From Escherichia phage vB_EcoM_G50, in the sequence record NC_054917.1: 64,000 nt of DNA, one strand, 5' to 3'. Each line of letters opens with the position of its first letter. The stretch's first letter is position 1. Below the pieces are notes generated by a model. The model had not been told where the DNA came from. It ran no database searches and saw nothing but the letters and a program-made list of their open reading frames with translations. The position numbers and the translations under genes are program-made. Shown piece after piece: positions 9,204 to 19,305 of the stretch.

Positions 9204-11017
9204 TGGTGTTTAACCCTATGCATGATTTCTTTATTTTTGCCGAGATTAAATCCACGTTCGTTCGGATTTCCCAAATAACCACAAGTTCTTCTTATTGTGT
9301 TCATCTTTTTAGGATCAGTTTCTCCACAAATAGAACAAACAAACCCGTTTTCAGTAGGAGTCATTTCATGGGTACTTCCACACGTAAAACATTTATCTAC
9401 TGGCATGTTAACACCAAAATAATCTAAATGTTGTGCAGCATAATCCCATACAGCCTCAAGACCTTTTAGGTTATTTTTCATATCAGGAAGTTCAACATAA
9501 GAAATGTGACCGCCTGTCGCAATGAAATGATATGGGGCTTCGCGAGAAATCTTTTCAAACGGAGTAATATTTTCTTCTACTGAAACGTGGAAACTGTTAG
9601 TGTACCAGCCTTTATCAGTAACATCCTTTACACTTCCATATTTCTCAGTATCAAGTTTACAGAAGCGATAACAAAGGTTTTCAGCAGGTGTAGAATACAA
9701 GCTAAAAGCAAAACCAGTTCTTTCAGTCCACTGCTTAAGACGAGCATTCATTTTAGTTAAAATTTCCTGTCCAATATCACGACCGACAAGAATATTCAAT
9801 TCGTGAATACCAATATATCCTAAGGACACTGAACTTCTACCGTTTTTAAATAACTCAATTATATCATCATCGGGTTTAAGACGAACCCCGAATGCACCTT
9901 CTTGGTAAAGAATAGGAGCAACAGTAGCTTTAACTCCTTTTAATGAACTAATTCTACACATCAATGCTTCAAAACACAAATCCATTCGTTCATTGAACAA
10001 TTCGGCAAATTTCTGTTCATTGAACTGTGTTCCAATATAAGAATCTAATGCAATACGAGGAAGATTCAGTGTTACAACGCCAAGATTATTACGTCCATCA
10101 AGAATTTCATTACCAGTCGAATCTTTCCATACGCTCAAGAAACTACGACAACCCATTGGAGAAACAGGAATAGATGAACCTGTGATAGCTTTATTATTCT
10201 TAGCTGAAATAATATCAGGATACATTCTTTTACTTGCACACTCTAGAGCAAGCTGCTTAATATCATAGTTCGGATCGTCTTTATAAAGATTGACACCCTC
10301 TTCAACGAACATAACAAGCTTAGGAAAAATAGGAGTTATCCCATCACGACCAAGGCCTTTAATACGATTTTTCAGAATTGCTTTCTGAATCATTCGTTCA
10401 GTCCAGTCAGTTCCCGTGCCAAATGTAATTGTTACAAAAGGCGTTTGTCCGTTTGAACTAAAGAGAGTATTTACTTCATATTCATAAGCTTGGAATGCAT
10501 CGTATACGTCTTTTTCTGTTTTAGATTGGGCATAATTCAATGCATCTGCGATTTGCCATTTTTCCGCGTCCTCAATATGTTTTGCATAGGTGCGTTTAAC
10601 ATAAGGAGAAAGTACTTTATCTACATTCGCAAAAGTTGTTCCGCCATATTGATGAGAAGCAACCTGCGCAGTAATTTGTGCCATAATTGCAGTAGCAACG
10701 CCAATTGATTTAGGAGTTTCAATCTGTGCATTACCGAGCTTAAATCCGTTCTCAAGCATTCCTTTTAAATCTACTAAACAACAATTAGTAAATGGAAGAG
10801 CAGGGGAATAATCAATATCGTGGAAATGGATAATTCCGCTTTCATGCGCTTTCATAATAAAAGACGGGACCATATTTTTGGCAATGTGTTTAGACACAAT
10901 ACCAGCCATAAGGTCCCGTTGAGTTGGAAAAACACGAGAATCTTTATTAGCATTCTCGTTCAAAAGGTCTTTATTAGTTTTATGAATTAATCCTTCAATT
11001 TCTTTTTCAATTGTCAT
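9200..11017 (-). CDS. nrdD: Anaerobic ribonucleoside-triphosphate reductase (class III)
   Basis: 605 aa uninterrupted; C-terminal glycyl-radical motif RRTCGYLG and Cys-rich zinc-ribbon region. Confidence 0.95.
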   Translation of the reverse strand: MTIEKEIEGLIHKTNKDLLNENANKDSRVFPTQRDLMAGIVSKHIAKNMVPSFIMKAHESGIIHFHDIDYSPALPFTNCCLVDLKGMLENGFKLGNAQIETPKSIGVATAIMAQITAQVASHQYGGTTFANVDKVLSPYVKRTYAKHIEDAEKWQIADALNYAQSKTEKDVYDAFQAYEYEVNTLFSSNGQTPFVTITFGTGTDWTERMIQKAILKNRIKGLGRDGITPIFPKLVMFVEEGVNLYKDDPNYDIKQLALECASKRMYPDIISAKNNKAITGSSIPVSPMGCRSFLSVWKDSTGNEILDGRNNLGVVTLNLPRIALDSYIGTQFNEQKFAELFNERMDLCFEALMCRISSLKGVKATVAPILYQEGAFGVRLKPDDDIIELFKNGRSSVSLGYIGIHELNILVGRDIGQEILTKMNARLKQWTERTGFAFSLYSTPAENLCYRFCKLDTEKYGSVKDVTDKGWYTNSFHVSVEENITPFEKISREAPYHFIATGGHISYVELPDMKNNLKGLEAVWDYAAQHLDYFGVNMPVDKCFTCGSTHEMTPTENGFVCSICGETDPKKMNTIRRTCGYLGNPNERGFNLGKNKEIMHRVKHQ

Positions 11018-11487
11018 TTTAAACTCTTTCTAAGCTGCTTCTTAAATGAAGCTATTAATTGTGTTTTAGTGTCAGATTCATTATATTCAAATCCTCTTTG
11101 AAGCATCTCAGCCATCATTTCCTCTTTTCCTAAACGAGAAAATTCCTTTGATTTATCTCCAACGAAGTTAGGGTGAATATTATTTTGGGTGTAATCGGAT
11201 TTTAAATAAGTAAGTAAATTTTCTAACCATTCAAGATAATCAACGCCTTGTCCCTTTAAGCCGGAACGATTAAATTTGTGCTTCATTTGACCTTCCGCTG
11301 CATTGCAGAGATTACAGAGCAATCCACGTACCTTTCCTGCTTTTGGTCCATTTAATTCATGATCATGGTCAAGGTGATTAGCTTGAACATCATGATTTAG
11401 TTCTCGTTGGCAAATTAAGCATTTACCGTTTTGTGCATTATAAAATTTCTGTTTTTCTTCTTTATATAATTTGCCAGTCAATAACAT
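11014..11487 (-). CDS. 49: Endonuclease VII (Holliday-junction resolvase)
   Basis: 157 aa; zinc-binding region CLICQRELNHDVQANHLDHDHELNGPKAGKVRGLLCNLCN matches T4 endo VII as recalled; ATGA overlap with nrdD. Confidence 0.9.
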   Translation of the reverse strand: MLLTGKLYKEEKQKFYNAQNGKCLICQRELNHDVQANHLDHDHELNGPKAGKVRGLLCNLCNAAEGQMKHKFNRSGLKGQGVDYLEWLENLLTYLKSDYTQNNIHPNFVGDKSKEFSRLGKEEMMAEMLQRGFEYNESDTKTQLIASFKKQLRKSLK

Positions 11488-11529
11488 AATAAAACCCTTA
11501 CCTTAAATAGATAAGGGTATTTATTATTT

Positions 11530-11706
11530 TCAAGTATTGTAAAACATTCGATGCAATCGCTTATATTGTCGAATCATCTTTTTAGTAGGACGAGAATAAG
11601 TTCCTATACAAGTGGTCATATTAGGGTCAGTAGGACTTCCTTTAATAAAAAGTTTCCAAACCTTACCACCATTTAACTTTTCAGTATAAATTAATTCGGT
11701 TTTCAT
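11530..11706 (-). CDS. Hypothetical 58-aa protein (below the ORF-track cutoff)
   Basis: Manual translation MKTELIYTEKLNGGKVWKLFIKG...; start overlaps the upstream stop (TAATG). Confidence 0.3.
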   Translation of the reverse strand: MKTELIYTEKLNGGKVWKLFIKGSPTDPNMTTCIGTYSRPTKKMIRQYKRLHRMFYNT

Positions 11707-12170
11707 TAAAACGCTCGGTCAGAAAAAGAAATTTGAGTTTCAAGCCATTCAATATATTCTGCCGCGGCTTGCATTAAATTTCCTTCGTAATCATCAATAT
11801 CTTTTTTCAACGCCGATTTAGATAATGCATATGAAATGCGTTCACCCTGAAATCCAGCTTTAGGTTTATGAATAACTTGATCAATTCGTTCTACGACTTC
11901 TTCAATTTCGCCATTTTCTGCGGATTCAGTATTCCACAAGCACCAATATGTAATTGGCTTATCATAGATGTTAATAATCTTTCCATCAGAAAGTTCAATT
12001 TCAATAATTCCAGTATCAGGTTCTATATCATCTTCGCATTCTTTTGCAAGTTCACGAACTTTAAAGACAGTACCTGCACTAAGTTCCGGCCAGTAATTAC
12101 ACAGCCCTTTATCAGCACGATTAATTCTAAACCACTTATCTACTGCAATCATACCCCATCTCCATATCAA
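11706..12170 (-). CDS. Hypothetical protein (position of T4 pin / 49.x; identity unverified)
   Basis: 154-aa ORF downstream of gene 49 in gene order. Confidence 0.5.
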   Translation of the reverse strand: MIWRWGMIAVDKWFRINRADKGLCNYWPELSAGTVFKVRELAKECEDDIEPDTGIIEIELSDGKIINIYDKPITYWCLWNTESAENGEIEEVVERIDQVIHKPKAGFQGERISYALSKSALKKDIDDYEGNLMQAAAEYIEWLETQISFSDRAF

Positions 12171-12275
12171 TTAAGTCATTTATCGTCGGTTCATTATATA
12201 CTGTTTCTTCATCAGTGTAAACCGGTTCTTCCGGCTCTGGCTCTACTGTTTCCCATCTAGCCGCCCACCAAGGTT

Positions 12276-12596
12276 TTATAGCGTAATCCATTCTCGTACT
12301 GTCTGAGTTACTACACGTTCACGGGGCTCGACTAGTTCAACAGTCGGAACTGCATAATACCAGTCAGAATGGTAAGAACCTGAGCGAGATTCATTTACAG
12401 ACACATGAACGTTATGTTTTGGACTAAAATAAACACACTGACGATATTGGCATTTACCATCTTGCACCCAGTCTTCTATTTCGATAGGTTTAAGATAATC
12501 CGAAAAATCGAAATCATAATTTTCTGAAAATGCATCATGGTCTTCGATGATTTCGCTCAGAACTGCATCAACATCTAATTTATTTTCAATATTCAT
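12276..12596 (-). CDS. Hypothetical protein
   Basis: 106-aa ORF. Confidence 0.5.
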   Translation of the reverse strand: MNIENKLDVDAVLSEIIEDHDAFSENYDFDFSDYLKPIEIEDWVQDGKCQYRQCVYFSPKHNVHVSVNESRSGSYHSDWYYAVPTVELVEPRERVVTQTVREWITL

Positions 12597-12606
12597 TTTT
12601 CACCAA

Positions 12607-12777
12607 TTAATTTCGCAATTTATTAAGTTCTTCATAATCAATCCAGGATTCTAGTCCTGATGGCAAATCAGATTCAATTTCCCAAAGAAGCTCTTCAATT
12701 TTCTGAAGACGATCTAATTCTTCGGCTGGAATAGTAACCATTGACGGAGTTCTTGATACACTAATATCGTAAATCAT
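12607..12777 (-). CDS. Hypothetical acidic protein
   Basis: Track ORF shortened to internal ATG (MIYDISVSR) to remove the overlap with the upstream gene. Confidence 0.4.
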   Translation of the reverse strand: MIYDISVSRTPSMVTIPAEELDRLQKIEELLWEIESDLPSGLESWIDYEELNKLRN

Positions 12778-12779
12778 AT

Positions 12780-12995
12780 TTACCCCAGTTTGACCATGCA
12801 ATCGCCATATTTCCATTTAGAAATAGACTTTTCACCGTTAGAATAATAAACTTCGAGTTTAGCACGATTATTTTTAATTTGAATAACCTTTGCTGTCATC
12901 AAAGTTCCATACCCGTAATAAACTGCAACCTCATCACCTACATATACCGCGCTTCCGCGGTAGTCATGGATATAATCAGTTCCTTCGAGCATCAT
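12780..12995 (-). CDS. Hypothetical protein
   Basis: 71-aa ORF; 4-nt overlap with nrdC. Confidence 0.5.
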   Translation of the reverse strand: MMLEGTDYIHDYRGSAVYVGDEVAVYYGYGTLMTAKVIQIKNNRAKLEVYYSNGEKSISKWKYGDCMVKLG

Positions 12996-13255
12996 TTAAA
13001 GTATTCCCGCAATTGGTCAAATCCACCAATATGACTTCCATCAGGAGCAAATACTTGTGGCATTGTCAAACCAATTTGAGTATCACGACCTAGTTTCGTC
13101 AGAAGCTCAGCGATTTTCTCATCATCAAAAACACCTTTTTCCGGCATAATGTTGATAAATTCAAATGGCTGTTTCTTCACAGTCAAGAGACGTTTTGCAT
13201 TATCGCAATACACACATTTATGGATGTTGCTATCATAACCATATACTTTAAACAT
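12992..13255 (-). CDS. nrdC: Thioredoxin/glutaredoxin
   Basis: 87 aa; active site CVYC; sequence MFKVYGYDSNIHKCVYCDNAKRLL matches T4 NrdC as recalled. Confidence 0.9.
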   Translation of the reverse strand: MFKVYGYDSNIHKCVYCDNAKRLLTVKKQPFEFINIMPEKGVFDDEKIAELLTKLGRDTQIGLTMPQVFAPDGSHIGGFDQLREYFK

Positions 13256-13256
13256 A

Positions 13257-13499
13257 TTATTCCTTAATTCCTAGTACTTGTTTAAAAGTCTCGTCGTAAT
13301 CAAGACTTTGACCTGTTTGTTCTTTATGTTTGTATATAATATCACTTACTTCTGATAGCATATTTTTATATGAACGAGTTAAAGCAGATTTAAGCACGCT
13401 ATATCTATCAGGAAATTTACCATGTTCATTATAATACGCTATTGCTAATTCACGGACTGCCTTTTCAGCAGTCTCCATATATTCTTTACGCTTTGTCAT
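13257..13499 (-). CDS. Hypothetical protein
   Basis: Track ORF shortened to internal start [13 protein letters not shown], removing the overlap with the upstream ORF. Confidence 0.45.
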
Positions 13500-13500
13500 T

Positions 13501-13890
13501 TTAATCCAAAATATTATTAGGCATTGGTTGAACACTCGCAAGTTCTTTAAAGAACTCAGTAGAGTCAGGTAATTTAACCATTTCCGGAGCATGCTTACTA
13601 AATTTATGTTTGCAATGACGGCATTTATATTCAAGTTCCGGTTTACGCCAGTTAATCAATTGAACTTGTTCAGTACCGCATTCAGGACAATTAGGAACGT
13701 TTTTAGAAGCCCTTTCGCGACGTTCAACCATAACCATAATAGCATCCCAGGCTGGAGGTTTAAAATCTAAATCATCACAACCATGAATCTTTCCGCGCAT
13801 TTCCAGATCGTCTTCTTCACCAGCCATAATAATTTTAATTAGACTGGAATTACTTGAAGCTGCAATATCTTCTAATAGACGCTTTTTCAT
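13501..13890 (-). CDS. Hypothetical Cys-rich (zinc-ribbon-like) protein
   Basis: 129 aa with CPECG...CRHCKH pairs. Confidence 0.5.
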
Positions 13891-14816
13891 TTCAATACCT
13901 CAATAGCATTACGTAAACCATTTGCTTTTGCATTAAGAGCTTTTAACAATTTAGTGTGTTCGGCAATCTGAGCTTCAACTTCAACTAGTCGAGATTTGAG
14001 GTATTCACGTTCTTCGCTCAAGTTATCAATCTTTTCTACTTTAGGCTCTTTTACAACTGTCTTATATGTATTAGGGTTCTTCAGTTTAATTAAAATGCGT
14101 GAACTGTATAACATTGAACCATTATCTTCGGTTTCGTCATACATTTCTACTACGTCCATGATTTTTAACATCATGCGGAGTTTATAAGATAACGAACGAA
14201 TAGTTTTGTTGTGCTTATTAATTTCTCTAGAGTTCATGGTGCCGAGATTACGTGAGTAATAATAAGGAACCTGGATATTAATTAATACTGATGAACCACC
14301 TGGCTTGTGTGTTACTTCATCAGCAATAACCCAATCCTTAACATGAACTGTATTTGTACGGTCATCGCCCGCGGTAAATAGTTTGCGAGCATGCTTAAAA
14401 AGCATATTCACTTGGTCATTGAATTGACAAGCAAATTTATCAGCAAATTTAGTTTCAGGAATGGTAGATAACCAATCAGCCAAATGGGTCTTTTTAACAT
14501 CGTTAACAATAGTAAATTCAACCAAATCAGTTATAGATGTCTCAGATTTAATAAAGCTCGGCTTCATAAAGTTTTTAATGTTATCGCGAGCTACAGTAGA
14601 AGATAACATACGAGAACGTTTAAACCATTGAAGCAAATTGCCCAACGAATGAGAATAAGCGTTTTGAGTATCTTTACAGATATGATTTTCCTGGCCAACA
14701 TATTGAAGGAAATCACGAAGAATATTATTGATTACTGCTCTGTGTCCGATCTGATAATTACGGTGTTTAGTAATAAGACTGTCAAAATAATCAATATAAT
14801 GTTTACGAGTTTTCAT
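13887..14816 (-). CDS. Hypothetical protein with C-terminal coiled-coil
   Basis: 309 aa; C-terminal 40 residues are heptad-like ([39 protein letters not shown]). Confidence 0.55.
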   Translation of the reverse strand: MKTRKHYIDYFDSLITKHRNYQIGHRAVINNILRDFLQYVGQENHICKDTQNAYSHSLGNLLQWFKRSRMLSSTVARDNIKNFMKPSFIKSETSITDLVEFTIVNDVKKTHLADWLSTIPETKFADKFACQFNDQVNMLFKHARKLFTAGDDRTNTVHVKDWVIADEVTHKPGGSSVLINIQVPYYYSRNLGTMNSREINKHNKTIRSLSYKLRMMLKIMDVVEMYDETEDNGSMLYSSRILIKLKNPNTYKTVVKEPKVEKIDNLSEEREYLKSRLVEVEAQIAEHTKLLKALNAKANGLRNAIEVLK

Positions 14817-14868
14817 GTTCTTCTCACTTGGTTAATGATTTATACTCCGAGCCATCCTTGGCTTTAAA

Positions 14869-15900
14869 TTACTTAATTAACTGTAAAGCTTGTTCCAAAC
14901 GATCAAGGCGATTAACAGATTCTTCCCAAATCCTTTTAGCCTTCTCATATTCTTTCTGCGCTTTATTAGAAATTTCTAGAACTTCTTTATAAGCTTTTTC
15001 TAGTGCAATAACTTCTGGACGAATTTCTATCGGTTCAGGCGAATCGTCAAGACATTCCATTAGTTCTTCAAGGGTAGTTTCTTCTTTAGGAGTATTCACA
15101 ATTTCATCACATTTTTGTTGGTAAATTTCTTTATCAGTCGGTGAGTACGTACGTTTCACTTCACGAAGGCTAATTATAATTTTATATCCTTCCCAACCAC
15201 ACATATTTTTGAAAGGATATGTATGAATACTTTTTACAGTTTCCATACAGCCCAAAACCGCCTCTAATTGATAAGTTATAGTGCTAGCAATTGAGAAAAA
15301 TTTATTAATATTCTTTTGGTTAGCGTTTGGTGTAAAAAATCCATAATTCACAAAAATAGCTACTTTATTTTCATCAAGCTCATATTCTTTTACGATAATC
15401 ATATCAGAAGCCAAAGGATGAATTTGACGATAATCGCCATAACATAATTTAGAAGCTGATTTTAGAATTTGTCCTTTGAAAAGTCTGAAATTACTAATCC
15501 AACGACGAGTAAAAATATTCTCAGGATCTTCTTTATTATTAAGATGATAAGAATTAACATCACCGAACCAATTATATCCTACTACATCTTTAGTTCGTTT
15601 AATTTCTTTCCCAAATTTACTAAGAATATCTCTGTTGACTAAGTATGAAAGAAGACGAGACCCTTTAAAGGTTTTCTTAATGTCATCTTTATCTGTACGA
15701 CTAGAAATTTCACGAACTTCATGAATAAATTTGCCGGAAGAAACAATACTTGCATCAGTATTATTGAGCCATTGATTGATAATAGAAATCACACTATTCT
15801 GACTAGACATAGGTTTAACTTTATCATCAATAACGCTGTTGAACGATTTAATATATTCGTTGCGAGTCATATTAATCTCCTCAGTAGAAAGTAAGAACAT
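14869..15900 (-). CDS. Hypothetical protein with C-terminal coiled-coil
   Basis: 343 aa; C-terminus ...AQKEYEKAKRIWEESVNRLDRLEQALQLIK. Confidence 0.55.
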   Translation of the reverse strand: MFLLSTEEINMTRNEYIKSFNSVIDDKVKPMSSQNSVISIINQWLNNTDASIVSSGKFIHEVREISSRTDKDDIKKTFKGSRLLSYLVNRDILSKFGKEIKRTKDVVGYNWFGDVNSYHLNNKEDPENIFTRRWISNFRLFKGQILKSASKLCYGDYRQIHPLASDMIIVKEYELDENKVAIFVNYGFFTPNANQKNINKFFSIASTITYQLEAVLGCMETVKSIHTYPFKNMCGWEGYKIIISLREVKRTYSPTDKEIYQQKCDEIVNTPKEETTLEELMECLDDSPEPIEIRPEVIALEKAYKEVLEISNKAQKEYEKAKRIWEESVNRLDRLEQALQLIK

Positions 15901-15927
15901 TATACCACATCCTTGTGGCGAAGTAAA

Positions 15928-16947
15928 CTAGTTTAGTGCATTTAGTGCGTTGTTCAATTTAGAACGTTGCTTCGTGAGATTTTTTACTTTTTCTTGAGCT
16001 TTTTCTAGCATCTTTTCAGCTTCTAACACTTCATTAGTTGCTTTAACGAGTTCATCATCTACTGCCTTGATAGACTTTTCAATCGCATCCGCGTGCCATT
16101 TTTCAACAGGTTTAAGACTCGGATTTTCAACAGGAAGAAAATTCACTTTATTGAATTTCCATGCATCATTATTACCTGAACTATACATCCAAAATTTAGG
16201 ATCGTTTGATGAGTAATTAGATAAATTTAAGTTATCTTGCACTTCCTGCTTTTTCTCTTGCGGGACTTCATCTTTTCTCAAAAATTCATATTTAAATGAA
16301 ACGATCATATCAAGTTCATATGATGTTGTATCTAACTTAAATCGTTCAAAACGAGGTAAAATCTTAGATTGAACAGCAGCAACAACATCCATATACTTAA
16401 ATGCTTCTGTCAACTGCGATTTAAGGCATTCGCAAATTGAAAGAGAATTTTTTGTATTAGGTTTAAAGCTAATTCGTGCAGTTCTATTATTTTCTTTTAA
16501 TGGTCTTACTTCCATCTGAAGAGTATAACCATCAAATTTCAGGTTCTTTAAGTTAATATCAGAACCTTTTAATCGACTCGCAGTTGATAAAATTTGCTTT
16601 AATTGTCTACGGAATAGAGCAATAAATCTCCATTCAATACGATAATGATTTGGATTGAAAAATCCAGATGATAAATCGACCTTACTTTGACCAACGCCTT
16701 GAACAAATAGAGGATTTTTATAATCAATAGTTTTACAGAAATCGGTGAGCTGCTCACGAGCAGTCATTTGTGTAATATACCCCGCTTTACTAAAATGACG
16801 TAACCATTCACTGCTATTCATATATTTAAAGTGAATATCACGATTAACTTTATCAGGGTCTAAATTATTTTGGCACAAAAATGTCATAACATCACGAGTA
16901 TAGCTGGCATTACGAATCATATCTTCAATTTGAGAACGAGTTTTCAT
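15928..16947 (-). CDS. Hypothetical protein with C-terminal coiled-coil
   Basis: 339 aa; C-terminus ...EAEKMLEKAQEKVKNLTKQRSKLNNALNALN. Confidence 0.55.
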   Translation of the reverse strand: MKTRSQIEDMIRNASYTRDVMTFLCQNNLDPDKVNRDIHFKYMNSSEWLRHFSKAGYITQMTAREQLTDFCKTIDYKNPLFVQGVGQSKVDLSSGFFNPNHYRIEWRFIALFRRQLKQILSTASRLKGSDINLKNLKFDGYTLQMEVRPLKENNRTARISFKPNTKNSLSICECLKSQLTEAFKYMDVVAAVQSKILPRFERFKLDTTSYELDMIVSFKYEFLRKDEVPQEKKQEVQDNLNLSNYSSNDPKFWMYSSGNNDAWKFNKVNFLPVENPSLKPVEKWHADAIEKSIKAVDDELVKATNEVLEAEKMLEKAQEKVKNLTKQRSKLNNALNALN

Positions 16948-16955
16948 GGTGTTCC

Positions 16956-17858
16956 TTAAGATTTAAGTAAATCAACAATTTTAATTAACTTTTCACGCTC
17001 AGATTTAGCTTTACTACTCAATCCAGATAGTCTAAAAATTTCATCATCATATTGTTGAATAGAAATATTCAGCTCTTCAATCTGTTTATTAAAATAATCA
17101 ATTTGTTCAGAATGTTTTTCGTTACTACGAACTGGTACAGGTTTTGTAGGCAATTTAGTTGAACTGGATTCATCCGGGCGATAAATTAAAATACAACTTG
17201 AACCAATAGGGCATTTTGCACCAGATGAATATTCTAATGTTCCAGCTTCTTTTAAAACTTCAAAAGCTAAACAGAGATGATGCCCCATATTAACATAATC
17301 TGTAGAGTGAGCTCTGATGTAATAATCATCGCCGCGAATACTAAATTTAAAGCATTTAAGGTCTTCTGTATTATTGGTCTTAAAAATCATTTGTTTATCT
17401 AGACCTTTAGCTAATCGAGCGCCTAATGCTAATAATCGTCGTTGATTTTCCCACAAATCCGCAATCATTTGATCGAATGATAATTTTGGCATTAGTCGAC
17501 CATAAAGGTCATATCCTTTATTATAATTACGAAGGATTTCACTCGCATTAATACGAGACAACGCTCCAATTTTATTAAGGGCTTTCATGATGCGATTAGA
17601 TAAACCCATTCCAGACCCGTTTGTTCGTTGTAAATGTTTATCTAATCCAAACCCAATATCAACTTTAAATTTATCTAAAATTTCAGCATGAACATCTCTG
17701 TCAATAACATTCAAATCCAAAGTTGGGTTAAATCTATGAAAAAATTTATCTGGCTCTCCACGACGAAGTACAGTCCATTCATTCAATTTTTTATTAACTA
17801 AAGATTTAATTACTGCATTGACATTATTAATTACTACTGACATATTTTCCTCACTCAA
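16956..17858 (-). CDS. Hypothetical protein with C-terminal coiled-coil
   Basis: 300 aa; C-terminus ...IEELNISIQQYDDEIFRLSGLSSKAKSEREKLIKIVDLLKS. Confidence 0.55.
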   Translation of the reverse strand: MSEENMSVVINNVNAVIKSLVNKKLNEWTVLRRGEPDKFFHRFNPTLDLNVIDRDVHAEILDKFKVDIGFGLDKHLQRTNGSGMGLSNRIMKALNKIGALSRINASEILRNYNKGYDLYGRLMPKLSFDQMIADLWENQRRLLALGARLAKGLDKQMIFKTNNTEDLKCFKFSIRGDDYYIRAHSTDYVNMGHHLCLAFEVLKEAGTLEYSSGAKCPIGSSCILIYRPDESSSTKLPTKPVPVRSNEKHSEQIDYFNKQIEELNISIQQYDDEIFRLSGLSSKAKSEREKLIKIVDLLKS

Positions 17859-18258
17859 TTTTCAATTTTACTAATACGCAGAATATGATGGAAAAGACTA
17901 TATAAGCACCACACACAGATTGAACTAATACCATTCCAAAGAACCAAACAATATTATCAAACAGTGTCTGTTTTACGTCGAAAGGACGTAAACTTACAGT
18001 AATATTATCACCTTTTTCTATTGAAGAATACATCTCTGGGGAAATATATTCACTAAATCTATAACCGTCTTTGAGTTCATATACAGCAATAAACGATAAA
18101 CTAGACCCCTTTCCTTGAGTTCCTGTAAGGGTATTAACTACAGTAACATCATAATCTTTATAGTGCATATAATCATTAATTGCGTAATAACCATATGCAA
18201 CTACTACACATAAACAACATATCAATAAATTCAATCTTTTAATTATCAACTGTTTCAT
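17851..18258 (-). CDS. Membrane protein (two hydrophobic segments)
   Basis: 135 aa; N-terminal LLICCLCVVVAYGYYAI and C-terminal FFGMVLVQSVCGAYIVFSIIFCVLV hydrophobic stretches. Confidence 0.5.
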   Translation of the reverse strand: MKQLIIKRLNLLICCLCVVVAYGYYAINDYMHYKDYDVTVVNTLTGTQGKGSSLSFIAVYELKDGYRFSEYISPEMYSSIEKGDNITVSLRPFDVKQTLFDNIVWFFGMVLVQSVCGAYIVFSIIFCVLVKLKIE

Positions 18259-18313
18259 AATAATCTCAATTAAAAGGGCTTAGAACCATTATACCATCCT
18301 TGGTATAAAGCGG

Positions 18314-18841
18314 TTATGCGAGTACCGTCTTTAACCGTTCTTCAAACTTCCGAAGAGTATTTTGGCGTTCAGCTCTTTGCTTTTTGTAAGTTTCAATACG
18401 CTCTGAAATGAGAGTGTATCGTTCATTTACTGATTCTTTCATAAAATCAGGAATTTCACGAGAAGCTTTAATCTCGTCAAATTTATCAATAACAGCTTGC
18501 TCTTCAGCAATTAAGTTATCATACATCAAAATATCTTTCTTGATGAACTCAATATCTTCTTGAGTTACACGAGATAATTTAGATGCTTTATCCTTTTTGT
18601 ACTGTTCGTTAGTATCACGAGACCAGTGTAATGTACGATTTTTATTCGTATTTTTGTAAATTTCTACAATACCAATCTCATCGATAATAACGATCCAATT
18701 CCAACGAGATTTGTAAATTTGTCCTCCATCAACCGTGATTTCACCTCCAATTGAGATGTCATTAAAGAACTTGCTTTGAGCTTCAGATTTAAATTTACCA
18801 TCATTGTAGTTTACCAAGTTGAAAATATCTTTAGCATTCAT
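18314..18841 (-). CDS. Hypothetical protein (coiled-coil C-terminus)
   Basis: Track ORF shortened to MNAKDIF, which lies downstream of the early promoter at 18870-18899 and has a GGAGG ribosome-binding site. Confidence 0.5.
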   Translation of the reverse strand: MNAKDIFNLVNYNDGKFKSEAQSKFFNDISIGGEITVDGGQIYKSRWNWIVIIDEIGIVEIYKNTNKNRTLHWSRDTNEQYKKDKASKLSRVTQEDIEFIKKDILMYDNLIAEEQAVIDKFDEIKASREIPDFMKESVNERYTLISERIETYKKQRAERQNTLRKFEERLKTVLA

Positions 18842-18869
18842 TTTCTGTTCCTCCGTAGTTGATAGTTGT

Positions 18870-18899
18870 ATAGTACCACAGAGGAACGGTCTTGTAAAC
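18870..18899 (-). promoter_or_regulatory. T4-type early promoter (-35 GTTTAC, 18 nt, -10 TACTAT) with conserved leader
   Basis: Minus strand TGTTTACaagaccgttcctctgtggTACTATacaactatcaactac; the promoter-plus-leader block recurs at 24586-24615 and 35449-35478. Confidence 0.55.
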
Positions 18900-18901
18900 A
18901 A

Positions 18902-19216
18902 CTAAAAGAAACTTCTTTCACAATTTTTTCCACTGAACCACGCGCTCACTGCTTTCTTAGTCTCAGGAGCAGTGTTATCCATAAACCATTCAAAGGCAGC
19001 CTTTTTATGATTCTGGAGGGCTTCTCGGGCTTTAATCTGCTCACGGTCTATTAACACTAACATATGAGCCTTTCTTGTCACCATGGGCTTCTTATGATTT
19101 TTTGAATACTCCCAGTCATTTGTCCATCGCATTGTCGTTGCGAATTGAAATACAGCTTCTTTAATTTTAGTTTCGTAAATTTCACGAGCCTTTGAGTATA
19201 ACATCATTACCTCCAT
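18902..19216 (-). CDS. Hypothetical protein
   Basis: 104-aa ORF. Confidence 0.5.
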   Translation of the reverse strand: MEVMMLYSKAREIYETKIKEAVFQFATTMRWTNDWEYSKNHKKPMVTRKAHMLVLIDREQIKAREALQNHKKAAFEWFMDNTAPETKKAVSAWFSGKNCERSFF

Positions 19217-19305
19217 TTACCAGTTTAATTCTAGTCATCTTTTTGATGGCAGTCCATATAATCTATTTCTGAACTGCCTTTTTATCTTAGAAGTCCTCTT
19301 ATGAA

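Noticed and set aside
9200-11017. Looked for a group I intron or homing endonuclease interrupting nrdD
   Set aside because: nrdD is one continuous 605-aa frame with intact motifs; no intervening sequence
11014-11487. HNH-like zinc-binding ORF considered as a homing endonuclease (mob-type)
   Set aside because: Sequence and 157-aa length match endonuclease VII (gene 49), a resolvase, not a mobile homing endonuclease
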